This document shows, piece after piece, positions 12,961 to 25,565 of a DNA stretch of 64,000 nt. A program made the position numbers and the translations under genes. Where the stretch lies: NCBI GenBank assembly GCA_010093995.1, contig ML992530.1:1-64000 (forward strand), written 5' to 3'. Origin of the DNA: Elsinoe ampelina (taxonomy: Eukaryota). The notes under the pieces were generated by a model. It had not been told where the DNA came from. It saw only the letters and a list, made by a program, of their open reading frames with translations, and ran no database searches. How positions within the stretch are numbered: position 1 is the stretch's first letter; every line of letters starts with the position of its first letter.

Positions 12961-14118
12961 TCAGCCCCCCTTCTTCGCCGCCTCCTCCCTCTCCCTCTTC
13001 CTTGCCAAATACCTCTCCTTGGCCCCCAACACCTCCCCCTCCGTCTTCCTACTCTTCGCCTTCCTCTCCAACTCTTCCCTCTCCAGCTCCTCCTCCTCCT
13101 TCTTCCTCTTCGCGCTCGCCTCCAACTGCTCCTCCATCAACCTCGTCTGCCTCTCCCTCTGCGCCCCGCGGTCCCCTCCCCGCCCAGCGGCAGGCCGGAA
13201 CGCATTCTCCCTGTGCTTCTGCCCTGTGTCGCTGCGTAAATGCTCCGCCCCTCCTCCTCCTCCTCCTGCTCCCGACTTACCCACGTTCAACCCCGCGCTG
13301 AGCAGTTGGCGTTTGTCGGCGACTTCGCCGTCTTCGTTGACGAGGACGTTGACGCCGCGCAGGCGAGCGGCTTCGAGGTCGGAGGTGTCTTTCCCTGTCG
13401 TGGCGGCGGGGTCGGAGGCAGTCACGCCCTCGCGAAGCGCCCGCTCGGCGGCCTCGCGCTTCTCTTCGAAGATCCTCTCTTGCTCGCCCAGCACGCCTTT
13501 GTAGAACGCACCTAGTCCGGAGCCTTTGCCGCGCCGCCGCTCCTCTTCTTCCCGCTTGCGCTTCTCTTCTTCTTCCACGCGGGCGTTCTCCTCGCGTTGC
13601 TTTTTGTAGGCGTCTGTCACGAATGTCTCGGTGTCTTTGAAGGCGTCGCCCTCTGCTTCTCGTTCTCGTTGGAGGGCTTTCTCTTTCGCGAGGGCTTGGT
13701 CTTGTTTTCGTTGCGCTGCGGCGGAGAGGAGGTTGGTGATGTACTTTGGTTTGCGCTCTTGGGCGTCGCGCTTCTTTTCCGAGGCGAGGTGGGCTTCGAC
13801 GGCGGATTTGGAGGCGTGGAAGGTGTCGTAGTCGTAGATGTTGGGGTCGAGGGTGGTGGCTTCTTCGGCGAGGCGGGTGGTTTCTCGGGTGGAGGAGAGG
13901 TCGGTGTAGGCTGTTGGAGAGCGGGGGCGGGGTCGGGAGGAGAGGGAGGGAGGTTGAGTTGGGGGTTTGCGGGAGGGTTTGGTTCGCGATGGGGGTGCGC
14001 TGGGGGCAGGTGTGTCGGATTCGGAGTCAGAGTCGAAGATTGTTGGTTTGGGTGCTTTGGATGGAGGAAGGGGACCGGAGGAGTTGGGCTTGACGTTCAA
14101 CCCGAAGGAGATATTCAT
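12961..14118 (-). CDS. Nuclear speckle splicing regulatory protein 1-like (NSRP1/CCDC55, DUF2040-type)
   Basis: DPNIYDYDTF, KPKYITNLLSAAAQRK, EREAEGDAFKDTETFVTDAYKK, DKRQLLSAGLN, AKERYLARKR motifs. Confidence 0.85.
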   Translation of the reverse strand: MNISFGLNVKPNSSGPLPPSKAPKPTIFDSDSESDTPAPSAPPSRTKPSRKPPTQPPSLSSRPRPRSPTAYTDLSSTRETTRLAEEATTLDPNIYDYDTFHASKSAVEAHLASEKKRDAQERKPKYITNLLSAAAQRKQDQALAKEKALQREREAEGDAFKDTETFVTDAYKKQREENARVEEEEKRKREEEERRRGKGSGLGAFYKGVLGEQERIFEEKREAAERALREGVTASDPAATTGKDTSDLEAARLRGVNVLVNEDGEVADKRQLLSAGLNVGKSGAGGGGGGAEHLRSDTGQKHRENAFRPAAGRGGDRGAQRERQTRLMEEQLEASAKRKKEEEELEREELERKAKSRKTEGEVLGAKERYLARKREREEAAKKGG

Positions 14119-14405
14119 TGTTGTAATGAAGCCAAGGCCAGCATTGACGTGCAAGGCAGTGTTTGATCAGGGCGAGTCGACTGCTAGAGCTGAGTGTGGG
14201 TTTGTCACAGGAAAGTGAGATGGAAAGAGTACGACTTGTTGATATAAATTTGTTGAAGTTTCCCCGCTGATGTCAGTCCGCAGGGCACATGCATGCGGAG
14301 CAACTCTTTGAACAATTGGAGGTATCAACTACCACAACACGATAATTTTGTATGTGCAAATATATACAGTGGAAGTATAGTATCCTAGAAACCACGCTGG
14401 GTACT

Positions 14406-15494
14406 TCACAGCTTTGCCTTCTTGGCCGACAACAGCTGGGCAATCGCTCTCGCAGTGGCGTTGTGGATCCTGAAGGTAGGATGCAGCGCATTGAGCCAAA
14501 GGTACTTGTCGACCGAGTAGGCGCAAGACGGGTCAGAATAATACCAAGTAGGTGCTCCGTTCTGGTAAGCTGTGCAATATGTCTTGGTGTCCAAGTAAGG
14601 AGCGGTTTCGGGGTAGCTTGCAGGGTTGGCGATGACCTTGGAGAAGAGTGTATGGGTGTCGAATTGGAAGATGGTCACATCGGAGTGCTTCGCGGCCAGG
14701 TTGCTGGCCAGGGTGGCGATACGCTGGTTGAACTCCTGGATCTTGGCTCCCTGTTGGGCTTTCTGGTCGGCCGAGTTGGCTGCGTTCTGAGGAGCGAGCT
14801 CAACAGGTGGGACATTGAGGAAGAGGAAGTTGCGTGCACCACTCTGATAGATCTTCTCGACCTGGCTACTGTAGACTTCGAAGATGGATGGGTAGAGAGT
14901 GCTGTTCTGGAGCCACCAACTGTTGCCGACATCATTGATGCCAAAGAAGAAGCCGAAAAGTGAGTCTTCGCTCTTCCAGGGGACTGCAGCCGGCTTGCTG
15001 GCGTAATACGGCAGGAACTCCTTCTCTACCTGGTCCTTGAAAGACAACACAGTATCTTGGTATGGCTTGACCAGTGCTGAGTCCACGGTGGCGCCACCAT
15101 AGGCAAGGTTGACAGTCTGCAAGCGGGACTGATTCCAGGTTGTGGTTAAGAAGCCAATCCAGTTTGGTCCATTTGAAGAGGTGTATCCACTAAAGACATA
15201 TCAGATGAACGTCACAGTGCGGGACACGGCATATCTCACGGATATGGCGGGTTGCCAAATGGGTTGTCGATCGTCGGTTGGGTCAGGTTGGGGTTGAAGC
15301 CCGTCTGCGTGTAAGAATCGCCGCTGGGGTGTGTTAATATTGGACATGTTACATCGACCAGCAAAGGAGACTTACAAGATGAAGGTGTATTTGAGCTTGT
15401 TGAATCCAGGCCATGCCTTCTTCTTCTTGTCCTGCTGCGGAAGGGCGAAGGCACCAACGGCAGTAGCCAGGGTGAAGAGCTCGAGACCTCTCAT
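14406..15494 (-). CDS. Secreted SGNH/GDSL acetylesterase (carbohydrate esterase family 16-like); 3 exons
   Basis: Signal peptide MRGLELFTLATAVGAFA; spliced GDSYT block I, TSSNGPNW, NLAYGGAT, FFGINDV, LWLNALHPT. Confidence 0.9.
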
Positions 15495-16151
15495 GTTTGC
15501 GTTGTTATACAGAGGTAATATGAGGACAGTCGTAGAAATACAAGATGGGAGGCCAACCCCAACGGCCAAGGCACGGGACACTATATACACATACTGTACT
15601 GTACCTGTGGCAATACTTGACCTGGAGATCCCGAAAGTGATAGGCGGAAGACGAGAACGGAGATCCACCTCTAGAACCACAGTCGATCAATTTGAATTCC
15701 TCCGTGCCAGTTAGAGTAATTCCCACGGACAGACGGCAATGCAAGTTGGGTTCTGTGGTCCATACAAAAAGTCTGCCGCAAAGCTCCTGCTCAGACGTCG
15801 GTTAAAGCTGTCGCCTTTTCGGAGGGGACGGAGGGGAGCCAAAAGCGGGGAGACGCTCACCCCTGCAATTTGGGGTTTCTCCAAAAGTGCAGAGCCGCAT
15901 TAGATGCTTAGTCATCAGGATCAGTTCGACTTTCGACTGACCATGACGTCTCGTATGCGGCTGCTTCCGATGCAGATTGCCAGCTCCACGAGTCGTCGGC
16001 GAACTTGAGGCCTTGCCCCGAGCCTGTCCCGCATTGAGAAGTGCTGCGTCAGGCCTCACGATTCAACATCATCTAGAAAGTCAACGACAGCGTTTCCACA
16101 CAGCCATACGGTTCAGCAAGGTGGGCATCTCTGCGCCCCGCCATTGCCATC

Positions 16152-18166
16152 ATGTGGGACGACGAGGACAACAATCCATATGGCAGCTTCAATCGCCGAG
16201 ATTCTGAGACTTCGGATGTGCCTGGCAAGTGATGACAGTGAGGTGAGAGGTACAGGAGCTGACAGCCAATGCAGGCTTGTCCCAAGGCCAGAGTACACCG
16301 CCATCCGATGCTGGCAATATCACTCCCACCTTTGCGCCTCAGCAACTCGACGATGATGAGGTCGACACGGGCGAACCAAGGCGCATAGAGCCGAAAAAGG
16401 GGGGTTACGACAGCCGGATAGAGCAGATCTTGTATGAGAATCCGGATCTAGAGATCCAAATTGTCGCAGCTGGCAAGAATGCCGAAGGTGGGGGATACAT
16501 CGTGTATACAATCCGTACAGGGGTAGAATTCATGACCGCTTCACAGCCGGCGGGCGGCTGACATCAGACCAGGAGATCGAGGTACGGAGGAGATATTCAG
16601 AATTCGCTTCACTTCGACAAACACTCGTTGCACTTCACCCAACTCTTATCATCCCTCCCATTCCCGAGAAACACACAATGGCCGATTACGCCGCGAAGCC
16701 TACAAAGGCAAAAGAAGACGAAGGCATAATCGAGCTGCGGAAGCGTATGCTGGCCACATTCCTCAACAGATGCAAGAGGATGAAGGGGGTACGAGAAGAT
16801 GGCGTGTGGTGGAGGTTCTTGGATCCCAACGCAAGTTGGAACGAGGTATTACACTCCCATCCTGTTGCTTCCATTCCCAAGAACAATTTGAAAGCCCCGC
16901 CGCTCGACCCTGCCAACCCCTCTCCTGGTCACCAGTATCTACCAATACCGTCATCTTCCGCGAAACTCCGCTCCTCTTCTGGGACATCAGCGTCTGGAAC
17001 ACCCACTCAGTCGTCGATGGCCGGATCTCAAGTCTCTTCAGCTTCACACACGACACCTGGACCCCAGATATTCGGTCGATTTCCTCCGGAAGCTGGATCA
17101 CTTGGAGAAGCTGAGCTAGACCCCTACTTTGTACAATTCGAGTCTTCATCAAAAGAGCTAGAGACTCTTCTTCAAGGATCTATGGAGAAGGTCAATCAGC
17201 GTCTGCTGTCACATCTGTTCAAGCTTGGCGAAGACATGGTCGATCTTGGAGCTAGACTAAATGCGTTCTCCCTATCCGAACAATCACAGACTGTGGGTGC
17301 AGCTGTCGAGAAGACAGGTCAGGCGTTCGACACCACAAGTCTGGAGACGAAGGAGTTGTCACATAATCTCAGTGCTCAGTTCTCAGAGCCCATGCGCGAA
17401 AGTGCACAATTCGCAGGGGTCGTACGTAATGTTTTACGGTACCGGATCCTGAAAAGAGTCCAAGAGGAGATGACACGAGAGCAATTAGACAAGCAAAGGA
17501 ACAGCCTGGAGTCACTGGAACGAAGCGAACTGGAAGCGAAGCGGATACAGCAGTATCTCGACTCAGCAGGCGGCCCGGGATCACCCCCACGACGAAGTGC
17601 CAGCACAGGCAGCAACGTGGGCAAGAAGAATCCGGCCAGAGAGAATCTGCCTAGGAGAGCAGAGGACGATACGGCCAGCATTGACTCGGATTTTCCACCC
17701 ACGCAAGGGTCACCTGCTCCATCAGCAAGTCAAGGCTTGCCCGCGAACCAGGAACCGAGTCACAAGCGAACGACGAGCAGTGGCGGCAATTTCGTGACAA
17801 GCAAGATCTTTGGCCGTCTCACTCACGCTTTCAATGGCGCACTCGACTCTGACCCTGAACGAGCAAGACGTGATCAGATCGGGAAGACGAAAGAGAGCTT
17901 GGTCCAGCTCGAACAGGCCCTTGAAGTGTCGGAGAAGGATGTGAAAGATGCAAGTCAAGGCGTCATGAAGGACCTAAAGCGCTTTCAGGCCGACAAGGAG
18001 GACGATCTGAGGCGATACATGGTGAGCGTTCTTACAAGGCTACCACATAAGGGAGCTGACATGCATATAGATGAACTTTGCCCGGTGTCAGATCCACTGG
18101 GCCAAGCGAAACATCGAGGTGTGGGAGGAAGCCAAGACCGAGGTGTCAAAGATCGAGGTGCGGTGA
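16152..18166 (+). CDS. SNX41: Sorting nexin 41 / Atg20-like PX-BAR protein; 4 exons
   Basis: MWDDEDNNPYGSF start; PX domain YIVYTIRTG/EVRRRYSEFASLR/LHPTLIIPPIPEKH; BAR coiled coils; final exon CQIHWAKRNIEVWEEAK; introns 16225-16274 (GC-AG), about 16523-16572, 18022-18070. Confidence 0.92.
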
Positions 18167-18951
18167 TGACGAGGCACAGGACTGAAACGGGTGGTGTATA
18201 TGAAGTCGTGCAAGGCCGCTGCCGACCAACATGCGGAGGATCGCTCTGGGGTAGAAGCTTGGTGCATAAGGAGCCGCGTTGCAAATGCTTGCAGAAGTCT
18301 CTGCCATGATTCTTCTACTCTGGCACGGTCGGTGGGGCGAGTCGATGGCGTTGCGAATAGCTAGAGACATGACCATGATACCCTGGTAGTAATACTGCGC
18401 TGTCAAGAACAGAGCAAACACTTTTCCTGTGCTGCAGCCCGGGTCAATCTCAAGCTTTCCCTCATCAAGGTTTGCGGGCCGGGTTGAGATTTTGCCGCCA
18501 GTGGGCTGCATGCAGGTGCCCCGGCGGCCAAGAAAAACCTGGTCGGCCCCGGGCCGCATCGACAACTGGCATGAATCTCGCCTCGTAAACTCCTTCGTCA
18601 GTCTTTCGTCCTATCACACGCCTATCTTGAACGCCAAAACATCTCTTCTGTGGCTGTCCCTGTCTTTCGCGAGCCCGTGCCACGTCTATTGAGCCGACAG
18701 AGTGGTGTTGCGCCGCAATCCTGCCGCTTTGCGCCACTCTGCGACCTATCAACGCAAACCCTCTGTGCCGTGTCTCGCTGGTTCGAGGTGAGGTGCCCAC
18801 AGTCTCAGGCCGTCTTCTCTTTTGTGTGTGCGTGGTGCGTTCCAGATTTGTCGTAGCTAAGACGTGGACATGTTTGTCGAGCTAGGGAGACTTCCCTACT
18901 TTTCCTTTTTCCCATTGACCATCCTCAATGTCTTGAGAGATCACTGTCAAG

Positions 18952-20402
18952 ATGCGGCGCATCCTTGCTACTACCGCCGCGCTCTTCTTCAGTTGCTTGA
19001 TCTTGTTCTACATTCATTCTCTTGTCTTCCCCTCGAATCCGATCACTTCTCACAGCCATGCCGCTCACTACGAGCTCGACAGGCTCACAGCCTCGCACCC
19101 CCTGCTTCCACCCAACGAGACCACACCATGGAGCTACCACCCAGCACTCCACGCACACCGCCTTACATTGACCGAAAGTCAATGCCACTCCGCCTTTCCC
19201 CACCTCTTCACCGAGATCGACCGCGCCAAAGCCCACCGCGCCCACAATATCATCACTCCCTCCGAGCTTACCACGGCTTGGCGCGGCGACGGTATAGTTC
19301 GCGCCATGATCCACTCTAATCAGCTGTACATCATCGAGGCTCGCTCTGTCTGGGACCGCAACCACCGGCCCCGCCATCTGGCAACTCTTCATGCCCTGCA
19401 CCGTGCGCTTGTCTCTTCCCCTGAAGACCTTCCCGATATCGAGTTCACTATCACCGACCACGACAGCCCCGATTTTGGCGTCCAGCCGGGCGAACCAGGC
19501 CACACAACCTGGGCCTACTCTCGTCTCCCCTCCCAGCCCAACCTCTGGCTCATCCCCGACTTTGGTTTCTGGGCCTGGCCCGACGTCAACCTACGCTCCT
19601 ACGGCGAAATGCGACGACGCATCACCACCCCCTCCACCACCGGCGCGCAAGACCAAGAGCAGGAACAAGCCTGGGCAGACAAGAAGTCCGAGCTCATCTG
19701 GCGGGGCTCCGTCCACGTCGGCTCCCACGACGTGCGCGCCTCCCTGATCGAGCAAAGCCAAGACAAACCCTGGAGCGCCGTAGCAGCCATGGACTGGGGG
19801 AACAAAACCGACGTGGCGGCCAAGCTGATCGGCATGGAAGACCACTGCGGATACAAATTCGTCGCGCAAACGGAAGGCAACACCTACTCTGCACGCCTCA
19901 AATACCTCCTTAATTGCGGGAGTCTGGTCATCGCGCACGAGCACAAGTTCGTGGAGCACTTCACGCATCTTCTGCGAAAGGGAGGGGAAGAGCAGAATTA
20001 CGTCCAGGTACGCAGGGACTGGAAGGATCTAGGGAGGGTGATGAGGTGGTTGCTCGAGGAAGAGGGGGATCGCAGGGCAGAGGAGGTGGCGAGACGGAGC
20101 AGGGAGGTGTTTAGGGATAGGTATTTGAGTCCAGCGGCCGAGGCGTGTTATTGGAGGGAGTTGGTGAGGGCGTGGAGGGAGGTGCAGGGGTTTGAGCCCA
20201 AGTTTTGGGAGGAGATCGAGGAGGGGAAAGGGAAGGAGAAGAAGAAGGTGAGGAGGGCGAGGGGGGTGCCGTTTGAGAGTTATGCGTGAGTGCACGGTGA
20301 ATGGAGAGAAGTGGGGTGTGAGTACTGACTTATGATAGGATTATGGAGGCGACGGATTGGGAGATGCCGACTAAGCCGAGGAAGATCTGTGAATATGACT
20401 GA
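18952..20402 (+). CDS. Glycosyltransferase family 90 (CAP10/KDELC-like) protein; 2 exons
   Basis: N-terminal signal anchor; LWLIPDFGFWAWP, WADKKSELIWRGS, HCGYKFVAQTEGNTYSARLKYLLNCGS, YLSPAAEACYWR; intron 20286-20338 gives final exon IMEATDWEMPTKPRKICEYD*. Confidence 0.88.
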
Positions 20403-20682
20403 GTGAAGACTCGTCCGGCAAGGCACTGACACGAACGAACACCGACTGGAATCATATCGGGGGCCGATTGACATAGAGCCACGACTACCACGTCCGTCAC
20501 GCGGGAATACTACCAGAAACGCTCGGCCGATTCGGATGACAGCAGGAGGGACTCTCATACCAGTCTACCCGGTCCTGATATCCCACCACTATCCGACCAC
20601 CCTGGTAGTTCAGCTCATCATTCAACGCTGAACGCACCACACCATCCGTCGCCTCCCATGAAGCCAGCGACCTAAGATCACT

Positions 20683-21580
20683 TCACCCACATAATCTCCG
20701 CTCCTCTTGAATCGTCTCCAACGTCTCCCCGCCGAGCTCCCTACCAGAACCCCTCCCCCCTCCAGCAACGGGCGTATCTCTCCTCTCGACAGCCCAATCC
20801 ACCTCATCCGTCCCATTCACCCCAGACCTCTCTCCGCCCTCCACCCCAGCGCTCCCCCCATCACCAACCCCATCACCAACCCCACCACCAACCTCCGCCC
20901 TCCCCCTCCGCTCCCACTCACCCCCCTCCCTCACCCCCTCAGCACTCAAAACAATCAACTCCGGCGCGCTCATACTCAACCCGCTCCCAGGCGGGTACAC
21001 CCTGAACGCAGCAGCTCGTCTGGCGGTGGGATGTCGTCCCCTGTGTCCCTCCTGCTCGGCCGCGGTATCGAGGGCGTCGGGGGCGGAGGTGCCGAGTCTG
21101 CGTAGTTGGGTGGAGAGAAGGGTGGAGGTTTTGCGGCTGCGAGGGTTAGGGTCTTGTCTAGGAGGCCATTGTTGATGGAGGATAGGGGGAAGGGGGAATG
21201 GGCGCTGGATGAAGGGGGGACGGAGTGGGGAAGGGGAAGGAAAGGGGGTGAGTGGTAAGAGGCGAGGAAAGGAGAAGGGGTAGCGGTGGCGAAAGGGAGA
21301 GGGGATCGGGAGAGGGAAAGGGGGAGGCAAAGAGAGAGGGATAGGGAAAGAGAGAGGGGCAAAGGAAGGGGATAAGAACGTACGCTCGACACCAGAGGTA
21401 CGTCACACCCAGAAGCACAGCGAGGACGATGCCGAAGAGAATGGCGAAGAGGGTGGTGTCGTTTCTTGCCCCTGGGCGTTCCGGGGTGGCTAGACTGCTG
21501 GTAGGACTTGGAGTCGATGTGAGCGGTGTGGTCATCGTGGAGGCTTGTGCGGAAGTTGCGGCTTGGGTGAGGGGCGACAT
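20683..21580 (-). CDS. Hypothetical single-pass membrane protein; 2 exons
   Basis: S/T-rich N-terminus then TM LFAILFGIVLAVLLGVTYLW; GTACGT donor at 21383 and CTAG acceptor at 21158 join in frame to ORF 20683..21330 ending LETIQEERRLCG. Confidence 0.5.
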
Positions 21581-22049
21581 GTCTGGAGAGACGTTAGTGG
21601 CTCACGCAGTCTCACACCGTGTATCAGCGGGTTGATGGCGCGAGGCAGCAGAGCTGTCGATGAGCCGTGTGATTTTGCGAGGCGGTGAGAACGGGATGGG
21701 GTCTGCTTCGCTATAGTGGGTGAAATACGCAGGCGTCGTTGAGGTGGCGTGTGGGGAGAGGTGAGTGGTTTGTGGCAGTGGAGAGGGCATTTGTAAGACC
21801 AGGCATGTGATTGTCGAATGCTCGCTGCGAGGGGCGCAATTGACGATCAGAGGGTCGCAAGTATTGCCACCTCGGCCATGACTGGATACATAGTCAAACA
21901 AGTACAGCTCGGGAGCGAGCCAGCCATCAGTAGCATATCACATTGTGCAAGTATTCCAGGGTGATATTAACATGGTAGCTGGTCGTGCAGTCCATGGCTG
22001 CCATGAGACCATCATCTCATGCGTTGCAATGGCTATGCTAACCCCCCAA

Positions 22050-24171
22050 CTACCACTTCCCTCCCTTTCCTTTCTTCTTCCCTGCCTTTGCCTTGCCTCC
22101 ACCTCCACCGCCGCCCTGCACCACCTTCTCCGCAGGCGTTGCTGGTCTACTTGCCGCGCTATCATCAATCGCGCCTTGGGCAAACATGTTTGCCTTTTGC
22201 TTGCCCTTCTTCCCTTTTGGCCGGTACGTGCTTCTATCTCTGAGAGGCAACCATCGCTCGGGATCTGCAGTCTTGCTTGGGTCGTAGTCCTTTGGCAACT
22301 TGCTTGGCTTGGGCTTCTTTGACTTCTGGGGCGCGGGAGTACTCTCGGCGGGTCTTTTGGTTGCTGTAGTTGTGGTGGGGGCTGGAGGTTTGGCAATACC
22401 AGCTTCTTCGAGAACGGCTGCGTCGATTCCGGCGGTCAGACTAGGTATTGGTGTGAGTGAGGAGGCTTGAGATTGCGACACGGATTCCGGGGAGGTTGGT
22501 GCTACGGAGGCAATGAGGCCAGCATTAATGTATGGATCCGATGATGAGATCTGTGAGAGGTCGTTGAAGATATCGTGAGCGAGTTTCTGATCCTCCAGGC
22601 TTGACTCTATGAGTGCGCTTCCAGCTGCCTTCAGGAGGTTGACGACAGATGGCGTCAGGGAGTCCTTATCGCTTTTTGATTTATGCCGCCAGAATTTGGC
22701 GGCTTTCGCAAGTTCTGTTCGTAAGTGTCTCATCTGACCCCTGCCAGAGTACAGTGAAATCAAGGTACCTACAAGCCCAGGAGCGTACCGAGCTTCCAGA
22801 CTGGCGCCCTTTGATGATTCTTCTAGCTTCGCGAGGAACTTCTCCAATAGGATCGTCGCGGTCTCAGTGTTGCCAGTCAGGACATACAGCTGAACGATGA
22901 CCAGTATGAGGCCAACATCGTTTGGCCTCTTCTCGAGTTGTGGTAGTACAGGCTTCAGAGCTGCCTTTCCGGTCTGACTCCTTGCATGAGCCGCGGCATT
23001 GAGGACAGACAAAGCGTTCGTCGACAAGTCAAGTGTGGGAGCTGACTTGGAGCTGATGGCTGCAGCAGTGGATCTCACAGTCCCGTCAAACTTCTGGGAT
23101 GCTAAGGCCACAGCAGCTTCGTTCTTCTGCAGGCCTGATGCTTGGAATTGGAATGGCTTGTCGCTTTCAGGAATAGCTGTTGTCGACTGGAGAAGCCTCT
23201 GGAGGATGAAAGCGTTCTCACTGTCAGCGGATGCAAGGTTGTTTATTCGTGAAATGGTCTTTGAGGTCGCGTCCGAGATTCTAGGTAGTCAGATTACTCT
23301 GAACAACGATCTCAAACAGAACGAAGACTCACTCTTCCACGTTGACGCCGTCGGCGACCTTATGCGCTTCTTGACTACGACCAAGCCTGGTCAGGACATA
23401 TACCTGTTGTACAGTGATTGGCAGAAGCTCTGCTCGTTTCTCGTCCTCGTTGAGATCTTCTAGAGCATTGCACAGATCTACTATCAATCAGCCACTGACC
23501 ACTTTGCCGCAGTTCTTCGTCATACCTTTGGATCGCTTCAGTAATATCTCCGCCTGTGCCAGCTCCCCCCGAGCTATACTGCCACATGCCGCGTTGTATG
23601 CCGTCTCGAAAGCTTCGAGATCCTGCCGGCCTGGCTTCTTGTTCTTGACCAGATGTCCTTGACCTGACCATTCCAACTGCGCGTCGACTGCGCTCGAGTT
23701 GATTCGGAGATCAATGTCTTCGTTTGAGACTTCTGCATGTTGGCTAGCAAGAGACGCGTATAATTGCGCCGCACGTGAGAAGTCCTCGCTTCTGTATCTC
23801 TGTATCCAGTCTCAGTATCATAGCGCATTGTCATGCAACTGAATTTGGCCTACCGCTTGTGCTTCGACATGCCTTGCTCCTCTGTCTTTGCCTTGCGCGG
23901 CAATCTTGGCGGCCTCCTGTGGCTTGCCGGTCTTGTATAGGGCGTATGCATGCTCCAATTGTGCTCGCTCTTTCAATTTATCTCCACCTGCATCTAGTGT
24001 GTGTAGGGCCTCTTCGAAGCGGTCTAGCTTCAGCAGAGCGACAGTTTTGACATGCTGGGCTTCCAAATCGTTCTTAAAGGTCTTTATTGTAGCGTTGGCT
24101 GCTTTTAGGAGCTCCTCGTGGTCGTCGATTGTGGATTGGCGGAGAAGATTGGCCAGCGTATTCGACGCCAT
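22050..24171 (-). CDS. SRP72: Signal recognition particle subunit SRP72; 4 exons
   Basis: N-terminal TPRs (HVKTVALLKLDRFEEAL, LEHAYALYKTGK, FETAYNAAC) and C-terminal LPKDYDPSKTADPERWLPLRDRSTYRPKGKK signature. Confidence 0.96.
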
Positions 24172-25565
24172 GGTGAGCCTGAGGCCGGTCACTGGCTGCT
24201 TTACGAGCTGACGTTAACGTATCGCATCCATCATATCAAGCCAACAGTGCTAGCAGTGTATTTGGCAACAGAATATGGTGGGGGTGGAAGTGTTGTCTGA
24301 TCTCGGGCTTGGTATATCGAAATGCGGCGGGCAGTGTGGGGTCGCTATTTTTGGCAGAGCAAGTCGAACCGACGTCGCAAAGGCCAAAGATGTTCCCACA
24401 AGATTGAACCGCCACGCAAAGGTATGCCGAACAAGTCAACAGTCGTCGTACGCGAGTTCGGACATATGTCTTTCCTTGATCAGGTATACGGGGTCTAACC
24501 AATCTAGGCTGAGGAGCACGCTGCCATGACCTGGACCTCACCACCGAGCGAAGGCTCTGATCCTGGTCTGAGGGTATTGATTGATAATCTCACAACATTG
24601 GCATCACTGCTGTAAGCGGCCCGGGCACCGTGGACTCATTGCGAGGGGTCTTTGTAAGAGCTATCACTCAGTGTCGCGTCACTCCAAGTCGGCGAGAAGG
24701 TCGAAGCTTGGAGCTCACTCTCGTCATCTTCCAATCGTATGCAGCTCAATCACGACCACGCTCAGTGTCTGCATGCCACGCAAGGGCTCGACTGTCACAA
24801 AACAGGCTGACCTGTCCCAGCGGCGGGCTGTAGGGACTGCTTCTACACAATATCCTCTCTCTTACGTGCTTAGGACGAATCGCGCCGGACGTGCACCACC
24901 GAGCTTGCCATGGCAGGTTCGATCTATTGCGAGCTTGTTTTGTCCTCTTTGACGCTGCAGACTCAAAATCTGCGTGGAAGAGTTGCTGTGAGTATGTGCT
25001 TTGCGACACGGGAGCCGCGACAAGCATCCTACGCAGCCAGTCTTGATTGCCTGAGGTGAGGAGCCGACACGGTCCAAGCCGTCACGAGCAGAATGAGTGC
25101 CGCTCATTTGTTAGGACCGATGATGGTTTGCCTCGCGACTCACAGTGTATGAGGCTTTGGCTAAATCGTCCCGGACAGCCTGCTTGTCACAAGGATACCT
25201 GTTAGCATGGAAGCGGAAACGGCATCTGGAACCCCTGCGAAACCCCATCTCCAGCGGCAAACATTCTGTCACCTCGTTAGCTTGTCTTTGACCCATCCAT
25301 CACGATCTCTAGAATCTCAGCTCAATGTCTTTGGCTCCAGAGTAAGGAGGGAGCTCTACTTGGTCTAGGCATGATTGCGACAGGGATGTCTCCGCAGCAC
25401 TCACACACGACTTGTTTGTGTTCGCGTTCAGCGTCAAGCTCAAACATAGCAATCTCTGGACACTTATATATCCAACACTTCTTAATCGTAACAGTCATCA
25501 TTATTCGACATTAACATACCTGCGGTGGCATTTCGGACCTGGCCCTCAAAATATTGATCGACAAC

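Noticed and set aside
12087..14166. Long antisense and alternative-frame ORFs over VMS1 and NSRP1-like (similar ones over ETF-beta, BOR1, MAPEG, SLC35F)
   Set aside because: Shadow ORFs caused by GC-rich, skewed codon usage of the real genes
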